DNA from: Massalongia carnosa | Taxonomy: Eukaryota | Direction: 5' to 3' | DNA length: 64,000 nt | NCBI GenBank assembly: GCA_965645245.1 | Contig: OZ287070.1 | Span: forward strand, 1,240,001 to 1,304,000 | Part shown: positions 36,677 to 48,216 of the stretch, one piece after another | How positions within the stretch are numbered: the stretch's first letter is position 1 | How the letters are laid out: every line of letters starts with the position of its first letter | Translations under genes and position numbers: made by a program | Notes under the pieces: generated by a model | What the model was told of the DNA's origin: nothing | The model's input: only the letters and a program-made list of their open reading frames with translations | Database searches by the model: none

Positions 36677-37959
36677 GATTGAGGGGGAATGAGATAAAGG
36701 GAGATGAGGGAAAATGCTATGGAAGGCACTTTTGAATGTTGGTCGAACGTAATGTCACGAAATCAGGTCGAGGGCAAGGGCAAAGGCAAGGTGGGTTGAT
36801 GGTCAAGCTTATTGATTGAGTCTATAGCTATGAATCTAGGCTAGGCTAGGTTGGCTATTCAAGACGTTCGACAAAGAATCAGAACTTCCATGATTCGACT
36901 TCTTTCTTATATCTTTGTCCTCCCATATTCATCTTTCTAGGGTGGCGGCGAATGATGTCTAGTCAGTGCGATGATGAATGAGGGGCATTATAGCGGCAAT
37001 AAGCACGATGGGGTCAGCGAGGAGACGGGAGATGTCAAACATCAATGCGAAGCTATTAGACATGATAATAGTCGAAAGACGGGAATAAATCATCAATGCG
37101 AGGCTGATTAATGATCAGTAATCGGCGAATTCGAAGAATGATATGAGGGTCCCGAAGGCATGGCACGACGTCCGTGAGTAGTCATCAGATCAAGGCACGT
37201 GATAGAGGCACGTGGTGAGGTCGGAGGCATTTCATGACATAGACAAGATAGAGGACGTGTCAACCTTTCTGACCAATCACATGGATTCAGGAAGGATAAA
37301 AAGACTGTATTCTGTATCTGGGAAATTCCCACCTCTAGCTACCTATATAGAAGGGAAAAGGGGTCATGGCGGCAACGATATCAACCCCGGCAAATTGAGG
37401 GGTGAATATAGGAAAGAAATGGCGTAGTCTTAGCGGCATCTGCCGCGACAGGGGGTCGAGGATCGGCGATGAGAATCGACCGCATTTAGGTTTGACAGGA
37501 CGTCATATGACTAGGGGCACGCTAGTCTGGATCGAGATACCAATTGACCGCCAAGACCACTAGGGTGACTATGGCTAGGTCACCAGTGACCACTTGGTCA
37601 CCAGTGACAATGGCTTAGATAGTAATGACTACTTGGTCACTAGGAGTCATACTTAGCAGTGACTAGTACTGAGACCCCCAGCACCAATCATGTATATAAG
37701 GAAGCCTATCTTCCCCTTAGCTAAAGTCCTCGCGGTTAACTCACTAGTAATCCAGAAGGGGATATTCCAGATAACTCTAACCCAGTTTATACTTGATTGC
37801 CCATGCACCTCTACTGACTATAGAGACGTTGCACTGCCGTTACAGATAGTGCCGGAGAAAACGACAGCAAAAAGCTCCTTATATCCCGACTCTCGGCCGC
37901 ACAGGCCTGTCCTGTCACCTGATCATCTATATAGCACGTGTAAACCCACCACAGTATCA

Positions 37960-38845
37960 TAAGCTTCTCTTACTGCTTTTCTCAGATTATCGTACGATAG
38001 TTTGTCCTGATCACCATATTGCATTTGAATTCAGTATTTCATAATATTTCAAACATGCTCGATCGGATTCAAATCGGGTGAAAAGGGTAACCATTCAATG
38101 AATAAAATTCGTCGATATTCAAACTCCTCTGGCTTTAATCGAGCTGCATGACCAGGAGTGTGACGGTTTAACTAGGATTGGAATTGACTATCTACTGGGA
38201 AGCTATGCACTAGAAAATATCAAAGATGCAGAAAGGAAACAAGCAAAAGATACTCTCTCTAGGAGTCTATATAGATAATTGCTTTGCCCGATCCAGCTGT
38301 TTGTGTCTCTATTAATAACTGAATAGTTTGGTCAAATATTCTTTCTGCCCTTTGTCACTTTCATCTATTTATGTTTGCTTTAGAAGGTCGTTCCGATGCG
38401 TCCCTTTCAGTCCTTTTAGACCTCCGTTAATTGCCCCTATGATTGCTAAAAGGGTTGAGTAACGGAAGCGGTTAGTGCGCCGGAAGATGCCGTACTTTCC
38501 TTTGATTGGTCTTGGGTGGATGTGGTTGAATTGTGACAAGGAGCATTATCTTGCATAAAACGAAGTCCCGGATTAAGCTTCATCCAGCCTTCAACGATAG
38601 GCATAATATGATCACAATATAACTATTGATTAATACTGCCCCAGCCCTTTTCTCAAAATAAAAAAGGTCCCTTTTTGTTGGCCGAAAAACACCCCTAAAA
38701 TATCCATCCTCCCTTGCTCGGAAGACGAGGAATCACACAGGTTAGATGTAGTTCTTAGGCTTCTCTTATTGTCATCTAAATACGTCGATAGCGGGTACTA
38801 TTTACCCATGTTTCATCATTCTATAATATTGATTCCCATTACTCT
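37960..38845 (-). pseudogene. Tc1-like DDE transposase relic with multiple stops, interrupted by a solo LTR
   Basis: ILYNDETWV...GWIF*GCF...FMQDNAP|GHAA...WLPFSPDLNPIEHV; removing the LTR rejoins the frame as QDNAPGH. Confidence 0.85.
38159..38538. mobile_element. Solo LTR (380 bp)
   Basis: TGTGAC...GTGACA ends; TSD AGGAG on both sides. Confidence 0.88.
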
Positions 38846-39259
38846 TGTAAAGGTTCGACCAAGCGTGGTGCGGAGGTCAGGACCTACAGCAAACATAGCT
38901 GATGGTGGCGGCGATAAGGTGGAGCAATAAGTGAACCAGTGGATGTAATCGTTCTAGCGATAAGAGGGTATAGTGGAGTGAGGAGATTGGTGGAGTAGAG
39001 TAAAGGGTTTATTCAGACTCATACCGAGGATAAATCTGAATAGGCTTTCAGGTGGCTTTTACCTCGATCGCCGCTTGGCGGCTCGGGGTAATCAATTAGG
39101 TTTTAACTCAAACTTTATTTCATGAGAGTACTCGTGTGGCCCAGAAGTCTGTCGTTTCCTTTTTAGGTTAGCGTTCTACAAGGGGGTTTAACCAATAGAA
39201 TCGTTTTTTTATTCCCCGTATTTCCCACCTAACTGATCAAATCGAAGCATTTTTTTTGT

Positions 39260-39821
39260 TATGACGAAGCGAGATAGTGAATAGATTTCTACCATTGCGC
39301 CACCTGTCCTTCCCGACTAAAAGGCACAATACTTAGTCCGCAGACCAAGCTCTATTCTACTATAACTGGGACTCCTGCTATGTTCGCTGTAGGTCCTGCC
39401 GTCCGCACCACGTATGGTCGAACCGTTACACTACCGCCCGTATAGCTGCGGCTAGCCTCTAGCCGCTTCCAGTTATAGTTAGCCCCGAAGAATGGGCTCT
39501 TCTTAGCGTACGGCCCTCGTTGATCCGACTTAGAGAGTTTTCATCCGACGCTTTCCCGTTTCGTCTTAGCTTCAATCCGTCGAAGCAAGGCGAAAAAGCG
39601 GGTCAGGAATCGAACTCACGACAAGTACACCGATTGATGACTAAGTATTCTGTGACGAAGCGAGATAGTGAATAGATTTCTACCATTGCGCCACCTGTCC
39701 TTCCCGACCAAAAGGCACAATACTTAGTCCGCAGCCCAAGCTCTATTCTACTATAAGTAGAACTCCTGCTATAATCGCTGTAGGTCCTGCCGTCCGCACC
39801 ACGCATGGTCGAACCGTTATA
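39260..39821 (-). mobile_element. TRIM (miniature non-coding LTR retrotransposon): two 171-bp LTRs plus a 220-bp internal domain
   Basis: LTRs at 39260-39430 and 39651-39821; TSD TTTGT; purine-rich tract GGGCGGTAG before the 3' LTR; PBS complementary to its own LTR. Confidence 0.9.
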
Positions 39822-41525
39822 TTTGTCAACTAATCATCATCATAACTTCAACTTTTGCTTTTATATGTCAGTACTATAGTCCTTCTATTTCTTATATCAT
39901 ACTCACTTACTAGGGTACCCGAACAATTTTCCGATCTCTAATCGCCGCCCTTAATGCGACGATCGAGTCGTATTTTTACTTTATTTGAGCGACAGCGTCC
40001 CCGAGATAGGAATTGCAATGATAGATCAAGCGATAAGTTTAGGCTGACTTAAAACGAGTCAGGATAAGGATTTTTTTCAGCAGAGATTAGAGAATAGTCA
40101 GGAAAGAATCGAGGGGAAAATTGTTCATATAGAATTAATTGAATGGAATAAAGAGGGAGGCATGTATTCAAGAGGAATTGTTTCGATTCTCCAAAATGCA
40201 GCGCCATAATTTGGTCTTCCATTCAGCAGAAAGATACTCTGCTCAGTCTTTTAACTCGGAAGAACTCTATGCATTTGTCAGAAATTCTCGTGCCTTCTTC
40301 TAAGCGTCATTTCCAGCCCCTCGAATTTTCAACAATTCGGGTATCAATCGTCTTTTTTCACTGGCCGACAACCCCTCGATAACGTTAAATCTGGAGAAGT
40401 AGCCGGCCAATCTACTTTGAAGATGCCTCGTTTCTCTCGATTCTTCTTGTATTGCTTAGCAGTCTCGGTGTAAGATGGTACGTTGTCTTCAATTAATCAT
40501 ACCTTTTTGTCAGGATAGGCCCTTTGAGCCTCTTTAAAGAATAGGTATAACAGAGGCAAAATGACCTTATTCCTATAAAGAATTGCGTCTATTCCGTTCT
40601 TCTTACCCCGACGTTCGAGGCCTTCATATTTGAACAGTATTTCGGGAGTAAATTTTATTTGTCGACCTTTGTTTCCGTTGATCCCACCTATTCGAAAATT
40701 TTCGTTATGTAACTCAACTGCGAAATTCTTGTCCTGAATTTGTTAGCAATTCTTAGTCATTCCGTGGAGATTTCTTACTTGAAGAAGTCGATATTCGGAT
40801 ATTCCGGGAATGATGACATTCTTTCTTTAATCTTTCACCTTTTTCACTGAAAGCTCATTTGCTTCCTTCAATTTCAATCCATTCAGGTATTTTTCCTCTT
40901 TGGTCTCTGCCTTCCAGAGATAATGAGGCCCTATCATACCTTTACTAGTCACTGATCCCTATTGCATAATTTTGAACTGAAAAGGAGGCTTGGGAGCCGC
41001 AAGCTTATAAGGATTCGTACCTTTTACAATAGAAATCTTGCGTTTTTTCCCTGAGGGCCAGCCCCCAATTTCATGCCAGGCCTCGTTACTATATATAAAG
41101 ATATCATTATCGTCAATTCGATCCGAGGCCTATTTACCAAGTCTTTTTCTGTGATTATCTATCTTGTTAATAAGAAGAGTATTAAAAGGCTGAACAACTT
41201 ATACGCTTTCCTTAACAGTCTTTCCGTCAATAACACGCTTATGCTGATGCTAAAAACGTTTAATAATCGAACGTGCTTGACGTTTATTTCGAGGTATGCC
41301 AGGAATAGTGATGTTTTCTTTATCCAGAACGGCTTGCTAAGGTCTATCATCGGGATTTTGAAGAATCGCCATCCGAATCATTGTTGAAAGGTCTGTATTA
41401 TCTGCTACTCTTGACACCCGACCGGACCGTTCCATGACGCTAATATAGGCCAAGACCTTATGAGAATCCTTATATCTAGCTTGTTTTATAACTCTTTTCA
41501 TAAGCGTCTGAGCTGTGCCCCTGAC

Positions 41526-41696
41526 TGTGACAAAGCGAGATAATAAATAGATTTCTACCATTGCGCCACCTGTCCTTCCCGACCAAAAGGCACAATACTT
41601 AGTCCGCAGACCAAGCTCTATTCTACTATAACTGGGACTCCTGCTATGTTCGCTGTAGGTCCTGCCGTCCGCACCACGATTGGTCGAACCGTTACA
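41526..41696 (-). mobile_element. Solo LTR of the TRIM family
   Basis: Same 171-bp sequence; TSD CTGAC/CTAAC (one G-to-A change); interrupts the Tc1-like transposase. Confidence 0.9.
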
Positions 41697-42264
41697 CTAA
41701 CTACTCTAATCTTCTGCTCTATCTCGAAGTAGGTGCAACCGAAAATAATTCTACAAGTAACTATAGCGTATCGAAGCTTATAAGTAACCTCATGACCAGC
41801 TTTATCATTCATATTGTGAATAATTATTGAAGTTTACATTATATAGATAAGGATATTCAGATTCGATAAGGGAAAAAAGCGATTAGAGAGGTTTGTTTAT
41901 GTCTGCCAAGACGCGCTAAACTAAAAAGGAAACGATAGACTTCTGGGCCACACGAGGAGTATAGTGGGTAAAAGAGTACACAATTTAGTAGTTAAATTAT
42001 AAGATGATCTATCTAGGTGGGCCTAATACCACATTATATAGATCAGTAGGCATAGTCGAGGTCGAGTTTTTTCAGCACTCTGCCAACTATGCCAACTATA
42101 GGCAGATGTTCCTCCGTGGGCTTAGAACTTCCATAGCCTGGCACGTCCTACTAGTTATCGCTTTATAGTATAACCGTGTTCAGTACCGCTGAGTCATTAT
42201 GCTTAGTAATAATCAGTCTTATACGGCGGCGCTGTAACAATTACACTACATATAGGTGCCCCGC

Positions 42265-45200
42265 TGTGACGAGGCGGCAACGGGGGGGCCTTTTCAGGTG
42301 GTGAAGGTGGTGGCATTGCTAGCTATGACTATACTAGATAGACAAGACGAACACAAGGAAGAAAGCACCAATTGCTGCAGAGATTTTCCATGTTACTCCC
42401 GGAACCCATTTCCTTACCTGAATGCGGTTAGCTCCCTACTAAGGCTAACGCGATACCTAAAACATTTAGCGTGTCGGGAGGTATCGCTTAGTAGAGCATC
42501 TCGCGCTCACACCATGACAGTAGCTCCCCCTTCAAGGCCTGCTTCCACGCAGGCTTTATAGCTTCAGGACGGTGTGAGCTATCGTGGCTTGGCTGGGTAT
42601 CGTTGATGAAATTCTGCTACCCTTTCCTTGGCGTTAGTAACATACTCAGCATACTCCCAGGTGGGGTCGTTCCAGCCCGTCCATTGCACCAGGTACTTTA
42701 GGCGGGTTCGAAATTTCTTGGAGTCGAGAATTTCTTCAACCTCGTATTCTTCTTCGCCTTCGACTTCAACAGGTGGTGCGGGAGGGGGGATGTGATCGGG
42801 ATGAGGGTGTTGCGGCACGGGCCGGGGGGCAGCTCGAGTTGATACGCATATTGGCTTACCACCTTAGATATCTTGAATGGACCCAGATTTTTCCAGTCGA
42901 GCTTTCGAGCAGGTCTTTGAGTACGGATGTTCTTAGTACTCAACCATACTTCGTCTCCTGCTTGGTAACTTGGTGCTGGTACACGATGTTCATTGGCTCC
43001 AGTCTCGTACCTGGCTTGCGCGAACTTCATCTCTTCCTGTAGCACGGACGAGATATCTTGCATCTTCTTGGCGAACTCCCCTGCGTTTAGACTGGCTGGG
43101 GATCGAGAGGGCTCAACCGATTCGAATCCCATTCTCGGATGAAATCCCATCTCGGCCAGGAATGGGCTGCACCCAGTCGTCTCGGACACTACATTGTTCC
43201 CTGTGAATTCTGCCATGGGTAACCAACTTGCCCAATCGTCTTGAAGATAGTCCGTGTAGCTTCGGAGGTATTGTTCCATGGAGGCGTTTACTCGCTCGGT
43301 TTGACCGTCCGTTTCTGGATGGAAGGCCGTTGATAACAGGCTCTTGATACCCAGTAGTTGACAGAGCTTTTTCCAAAATTCCGATACAAAGAGCACTCCA
43401 CGATCCGATACTACGGTGCTCGGCAACCCGTGTAGTTTCCAAATATCTCGAAGAAAGAGTTCAGCCAGTTCCTGAGCATTGATCGTGGTGAGGCATGGAG
43501 AGAAGTGCCGTCGTTTCGATAGACGATCGACCACCACTAATATGGCGTCGAACCCACTACTTTCTGGAAGCCCAGTCACGAAGTCCATCGAAATATCTTG
43601 CCAGCGGCGCTCCGGGACGGGTAACGGTTTCAAGACTCCCATTTTTCCTTGACGAGAGGGCTTGCTTCTTGCACAAACTTGACAATGTTGCACGTACCTT
43701 GCTACGAACTGATAGAATCGTGGCCAGTAATAGTGACGTTGCAGAAGATCAAAGGTCTTGGCTCGACCGGGATGACCGGCTACAGGGCTATCGTGAACGG
43801 ACTTGCAAAGTCTCATCTTCAGGGCGTGTGAGTCCGGAACGTATATCTTTCCTCGATAGTGCAGTCGGCCATCCATCTCTGTGCACTCTGCCAGCGAGAT
43901 TTCCTTGGATTGTCTAGCACCTGATCGTAATAATTCCAGAATTCTCATCGGAAAGAGGTCCTTTTCCAATGCTTCTTGCCATAATTCTTCCAAGGTCTTG
44001 ATTTCATCCTGATCTGAGGCGATTTCCAGAGGTTCACTTTGTTCCGAGGCTTCAACATTTTCTTCGAGAGGTTCATCTGCTAATCCGTTCGCTAGAGGTT
44101 CAAGATTTCGAGGTTTCAAGACCACTTGATGTTGAATTTTTATCCGTGGATCATCCTCCCCCTTCGGTAGGTCTTGAGACCTTCTAGTCAGGGCGTCGGG
44201 TTTTCCACCGCTTTTCCCTGGGCGGTACATAATCTGGAAATCGAAGCGGGAGAGATACTCGGACCAGCGTGCTTGACGACGACTGAGCTGTTTCGTTGTC
44301 ATGAAGTATTCGAGATTCTTATGATCAGAAATGACTTGAATGGGAAAGGCGGCTCCTTCGAGCTCGGATCTCCATTCCTCGAAAGCTCGAATGATGACCA
44401 TGAGTTCCTTGTCATAGATCTCGTAATTGATTTCCGCGGGGGCGTGTTTTTTCGAGAAGAAGGCTACAGGGCGTAGAACTCCCTCGTCATCGTACTGTGA
44501 GAGTACACCCCCCACTACCCAGTCGGAAGCGTCAACTTCTACCACGATTTTCTTTTCAGGATCGAAATGCATCAGAATGAGATCGCTAACAAAAGCGTTT
44601 TTTTAGCCTTTGAAACGCGGCCTCACACTCGGAGTTCCAAGAGAACACGGTCCCCTTTTTCGTCAGTTTGATCAGGGGCGAGGCAATGGCTGAGAAACCC
44701 TTGACGAAGCGTCTATAGAAATTTGCGAAGCCCACGAAAGCTTGAATATCCTTAATGTTCTTGGGTGTTATCCAGTCCTTGATCGTCTGAACTTTTCGTG
44801 GGTCCATCTTGATTCCTTTGTCCGAAATGATAAGTCCCAGGTAAGTGGTTTCCGTGACGAAGAACTCACACTTTTCTATGTCCAGTTACAGACCTGCGGA
44901 CCTCAGAGCTTCAAGAACCTTTCTTACGTGAATCTTGTGTTCCTTCTTTGATTTACTGTATACAAGAATGTCGTCGATATAGGCGGTGCAAAAGGCATCT
45001 AAATATTCTCGAAGGACGTCGTTGATATAGTGCTGAAAGGAGCCGGGCCCCCCTGAAAGTCCGAAAGGCAATACTTCATATTCGAAGAGACCGTACCTGG
45101 TCTTGAAAGCGGTCATCCATTCTTGCCCGCTCTGCATTCGTAGCTTATTGAAAGCCGCGATGATGTCAAACTTAGAGAAAATCATGGCCTTGGCAAGACG

Positions 45201-48080
45201 ATCTAGTGTTTCTTGAATCAGTGGTATTGGATAGCGATTCTTGATCGTGATCGCGTTCAGAGCTCGATAGTCTACACAGAAACGCAGTCCTCCCGACGGT
45301 TTTCGGGCGAATAACACGGGCGAGGAGCAGGGCGAGGAGCTGGCACGAATAAATCCTTTGGCTAGGTTTTCTTTCAAGTATTTCTGCAAGACTAGTAGTT
45401 CAGGAGCTGACATCTTGTACAGCGGGCCTGACGAGGGTATGGCTCCTTCCTTGAGAACGATTTTATGATCGTAGGAGCGGTGCGGGGGTAGTTTATCGGC
45501 TTCTTGCTTGGAGAAGACGTCTAGAAGATCGTGAAATTCCACGCGCACTATACTGGCGGGATCGATGATTTTCTTGGGCTTCAAGGACTTGGCGATATCT
45601 TCGAGGGACGAGGCGGAGAGATTGAATTTCTCTCTCGGATTTCTGAGTTGTTCAAGGGCTTTGTCAATTTCATACATGGAAGCGGTGAAGATTTCGTTCT
45701 TCCGGTCCTTCATCAGGGTCGAGAATGGAGCGGCTCCAACCATGTAAATACTCATAGGTGAGGGATCGGGAGATTCCGTGCAGACCGTCATTGGTCGTGC
45801 GTTCGAGATCGGTGGCTCAAGAAGTGTTCGGGATTCAGGACTTGAAAGAGCGTTTAATATACTGACTTCGAGAGTTCTAGGAGTCGAGCGAGAGACCTTG
45901 TTCTCACTGACTTTCAGGGTTTCAGGAGTTTTCATACAAGAGACCTCGTTCTTGCGTGATTCGACGGTTTTCAAGGACAGGGACGAAGCGGACTCAGGAG
46001 TCCCTTCAGATGGATCAGGAAGGCCAGAAATGACAAGAGGGACGTGTTTATTCTCTAAACACTCCTGGAAACAGTACGTGGACGAGAAGGTCAGGGTATT
46101 TTCAGTCCAGCTGACGGAGGGGTCATGAATTTGAAGCCACTTGAGTCCCAGGACGACAGGATAATGACCCAGTTGGGTAACTAAGAACGAGCCTTGCTCG
46201 GAATGACGGTTTATTCGCATCCTTGACTTGATCAGATGAGTAAGTTTTCCGGCCGCCGCGGGGCGACCATCGACTACTTCGAGGATACGAGGACGGACAA
46301 GAGAGGTGAAAGGCAGGGAATTGTTTCGCGCGAAGGATGAATCAATGAATGCGTAGCCCGAGGCACCGCAATCAATCAAAGCATGGGTGTGTATAACTCG
46401 ATTTTCCACAGAGAGTGCTATAGATATGACACAATGTCTACCGTCTAACGAATCTTCTGAGAGAGAAAAGGCTGAAATCGACACAGGGACCCCTTCTGAA
46501 CGTCTTCGGGGGCGACTTAGCCCGAAGACGACGCGTTTTCCGAGACCTCAGCTAGAGAGGACTCGTTCAGCCGAGAGGTTCGCGGCTTGGTTTCTCCCTT
46601 TCGAGGGCAGACGGCCGCAAAATGTCCTGACCCCCCACAATAGTGGCACAACCCTTCGTTCATCCGACGGGTGACTTCTGCTTGAGGTAACTTACCTCTG
46701 TGTGTGGCGGAGAGGTCCATTGGCTCGGCGGCCGGAAGGGGAGACGGGGAGGCGGCGGAAGAAGAGACGGATCGGGGGAGGGCGACTCCTCCCGACCGGG
46801 GGTTATGAGGGGGGGTCCCCACACCAGAAGAAGGTGGGGTGGACCGGGGGGAGTATGGCTTCCGGAGGGAAGCATTGACATTCCGTTGGCGGGTGTCTAG
46901 CCGTTGGAGGAGAGTCACTAGTTCGTCGAGGTCCTCGGGAGTGATTTGGGTAAGCATGAGCTGCTTCAGCTCGTCACTGATGCCTTCCAGCAGAGCTGAG
47001 CGCATTGCCTCCTCGTCGAAATTGGTATCCGGGGCAATACGCTGGAAGTCCGAGAGGTAGACATGGAATTCCTTGTTGGCCTGGCGCAGGGACCGCAGTT
47101 CCCGCTGTGCCGTGGCCTTTTTGTCCGGGTCCCCAAAGGCCCTCTCCAACATAGCCAATAACCCTGCCACATCGGGGATACTCACTTCGTTGTGAGACTT
47201 GACGTAGGGTTGCCCTTGCGCCATGGCACGACCCTCTAAGCGGCTGATGGCGTACAGAAGACCGGCTTTGGGATTCGTGAAACGGTCTTGATTCACAAAG
47301 AGCTTCAGGTTAAGCTGGGTGACCCACTCGCGCAACTCGTCCTTCTTGCCCGAGAACTTCGGGATGTCCGGCAATTTCTCTGAGCGCGCCTCGCGCTGGG
47401 CAGCGGGATAATAATGATGGTCACTGATCTGCTAACGGAGGCTGGCGACGGTGGCTCGAGAGGCGATGTTCTCGTTATTGGAGGTCTGCAACTGGCTACG
47501 GATATTATTATGCTCAGCTTCCAGAAAGTCATACTGATTTGATTTTTCCGTTAGAAAGCCCTGAAGGGTCGCTGATCGGTTGGCGGACTGAATGGCTTGA
47601 TGATACCATTCATGAGGGAATTTTTGGACCGATTGACTCCAGGCCTCAATAGATGCAACATGAGGGGCGAGAGAATCTTCGTCATCGAAGCTTGGGGGGG
47701 GAAGGCCAGGACTTGATTCGGAACGGGGCGTGGCTATCTTGGACGAGGAACTGGAAGCCATACTAAAGAGGTGAATGAGAAACGAGGAACGGAGCACCAC
47801 CTGAACACAGGTGAGGTGTTCCTAATGTGACGAGGCGGCAACGGGGGGGCCTATTCAGGTGGTGAAGGTGGTGGCATTGCTAGCTATGACTATACTAGAT
47901 AGACAAGACGAACACAAGGAAGAAAGCATCAATTGCTGCAGAGATTTTCCATGTAACTCCCGGAACTCATTTCCTTACCTGAATGCGGTTAGCTCCCCAC
48001 TAAGGCTAACGCGATACCTAAAACATTTAGCGTGTCGGGAGGTATCGCTTAGCAGAGCATCTCGCGCTCATACCATGACA
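42265..48080 (-). mobile_element. Decayed Ty3/Gypsy chromovirus (element G2)
   Basis: 255-bp LTRs at 42265-42519 and 47826-48080 with about 7 differences by eye; TSD CCCGC; same PPT as G1. Confidence 0.95.
42579..47761 (-). pseudogene. G2 gag-pol, disrupted
   Basis: In-frame TAG at 47432 in gag, TAA at 44886 in RT, A-run frameshift near 44600, deletion near 42820; motifs CHYCGGSGHFAAVC, LIDCGAS, YIDD, TDGQTER and chromodomain EYEVEEIL...YLVQWTG retained. Confidence 0.92.
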
Positions 48081-48216
48081 CCCGCGCCTGGTAAGTAGGG
48101 CTCCGAAAATTTCGCTCTTTTGACAAGATGACACGAAAACTTCATCACGTGCTGACATGGACCCTGAATTTTTGGAAATTAATTACCTAAGCACACATAA
48201 CTTATACGACAATTAG

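Larger units (their letters stand above)
30559..37239 (-). mobile_element. Intact Ty3/Gypsy chromovirus LTR retrotransposon (element G1)
   Basis: 487-bp LTRs at 30559-31045 and 36753-37239 with no differences seen by eye; TG...CA ends; TSD TAGAC; PPT GAAGGGGGAGCTAC; open gag and pol. Confidence 0.97.
39131..41956 (-). mobile_element. Full-length decayed Tc1-like DNA transposon (transposase relic about 41810-40200)
   Basis: About 40-bp TIRs CTCGTGTGGCCCAGAAGTCT(G/A)TCGTTTCCTTTTTAG at 39131 and 41956; flanked by GAGTA on both sides; residues IYSNEAWHEIG, GIDAILY, LIEDN, WPATSPDL. Confidence 0.85.

Noticed and set aside
30379..37953. A single solo LTR hosting G1
   Set aside because: LTR-like sequence flanks G1, but ends and TSD could not be fixed reliably.
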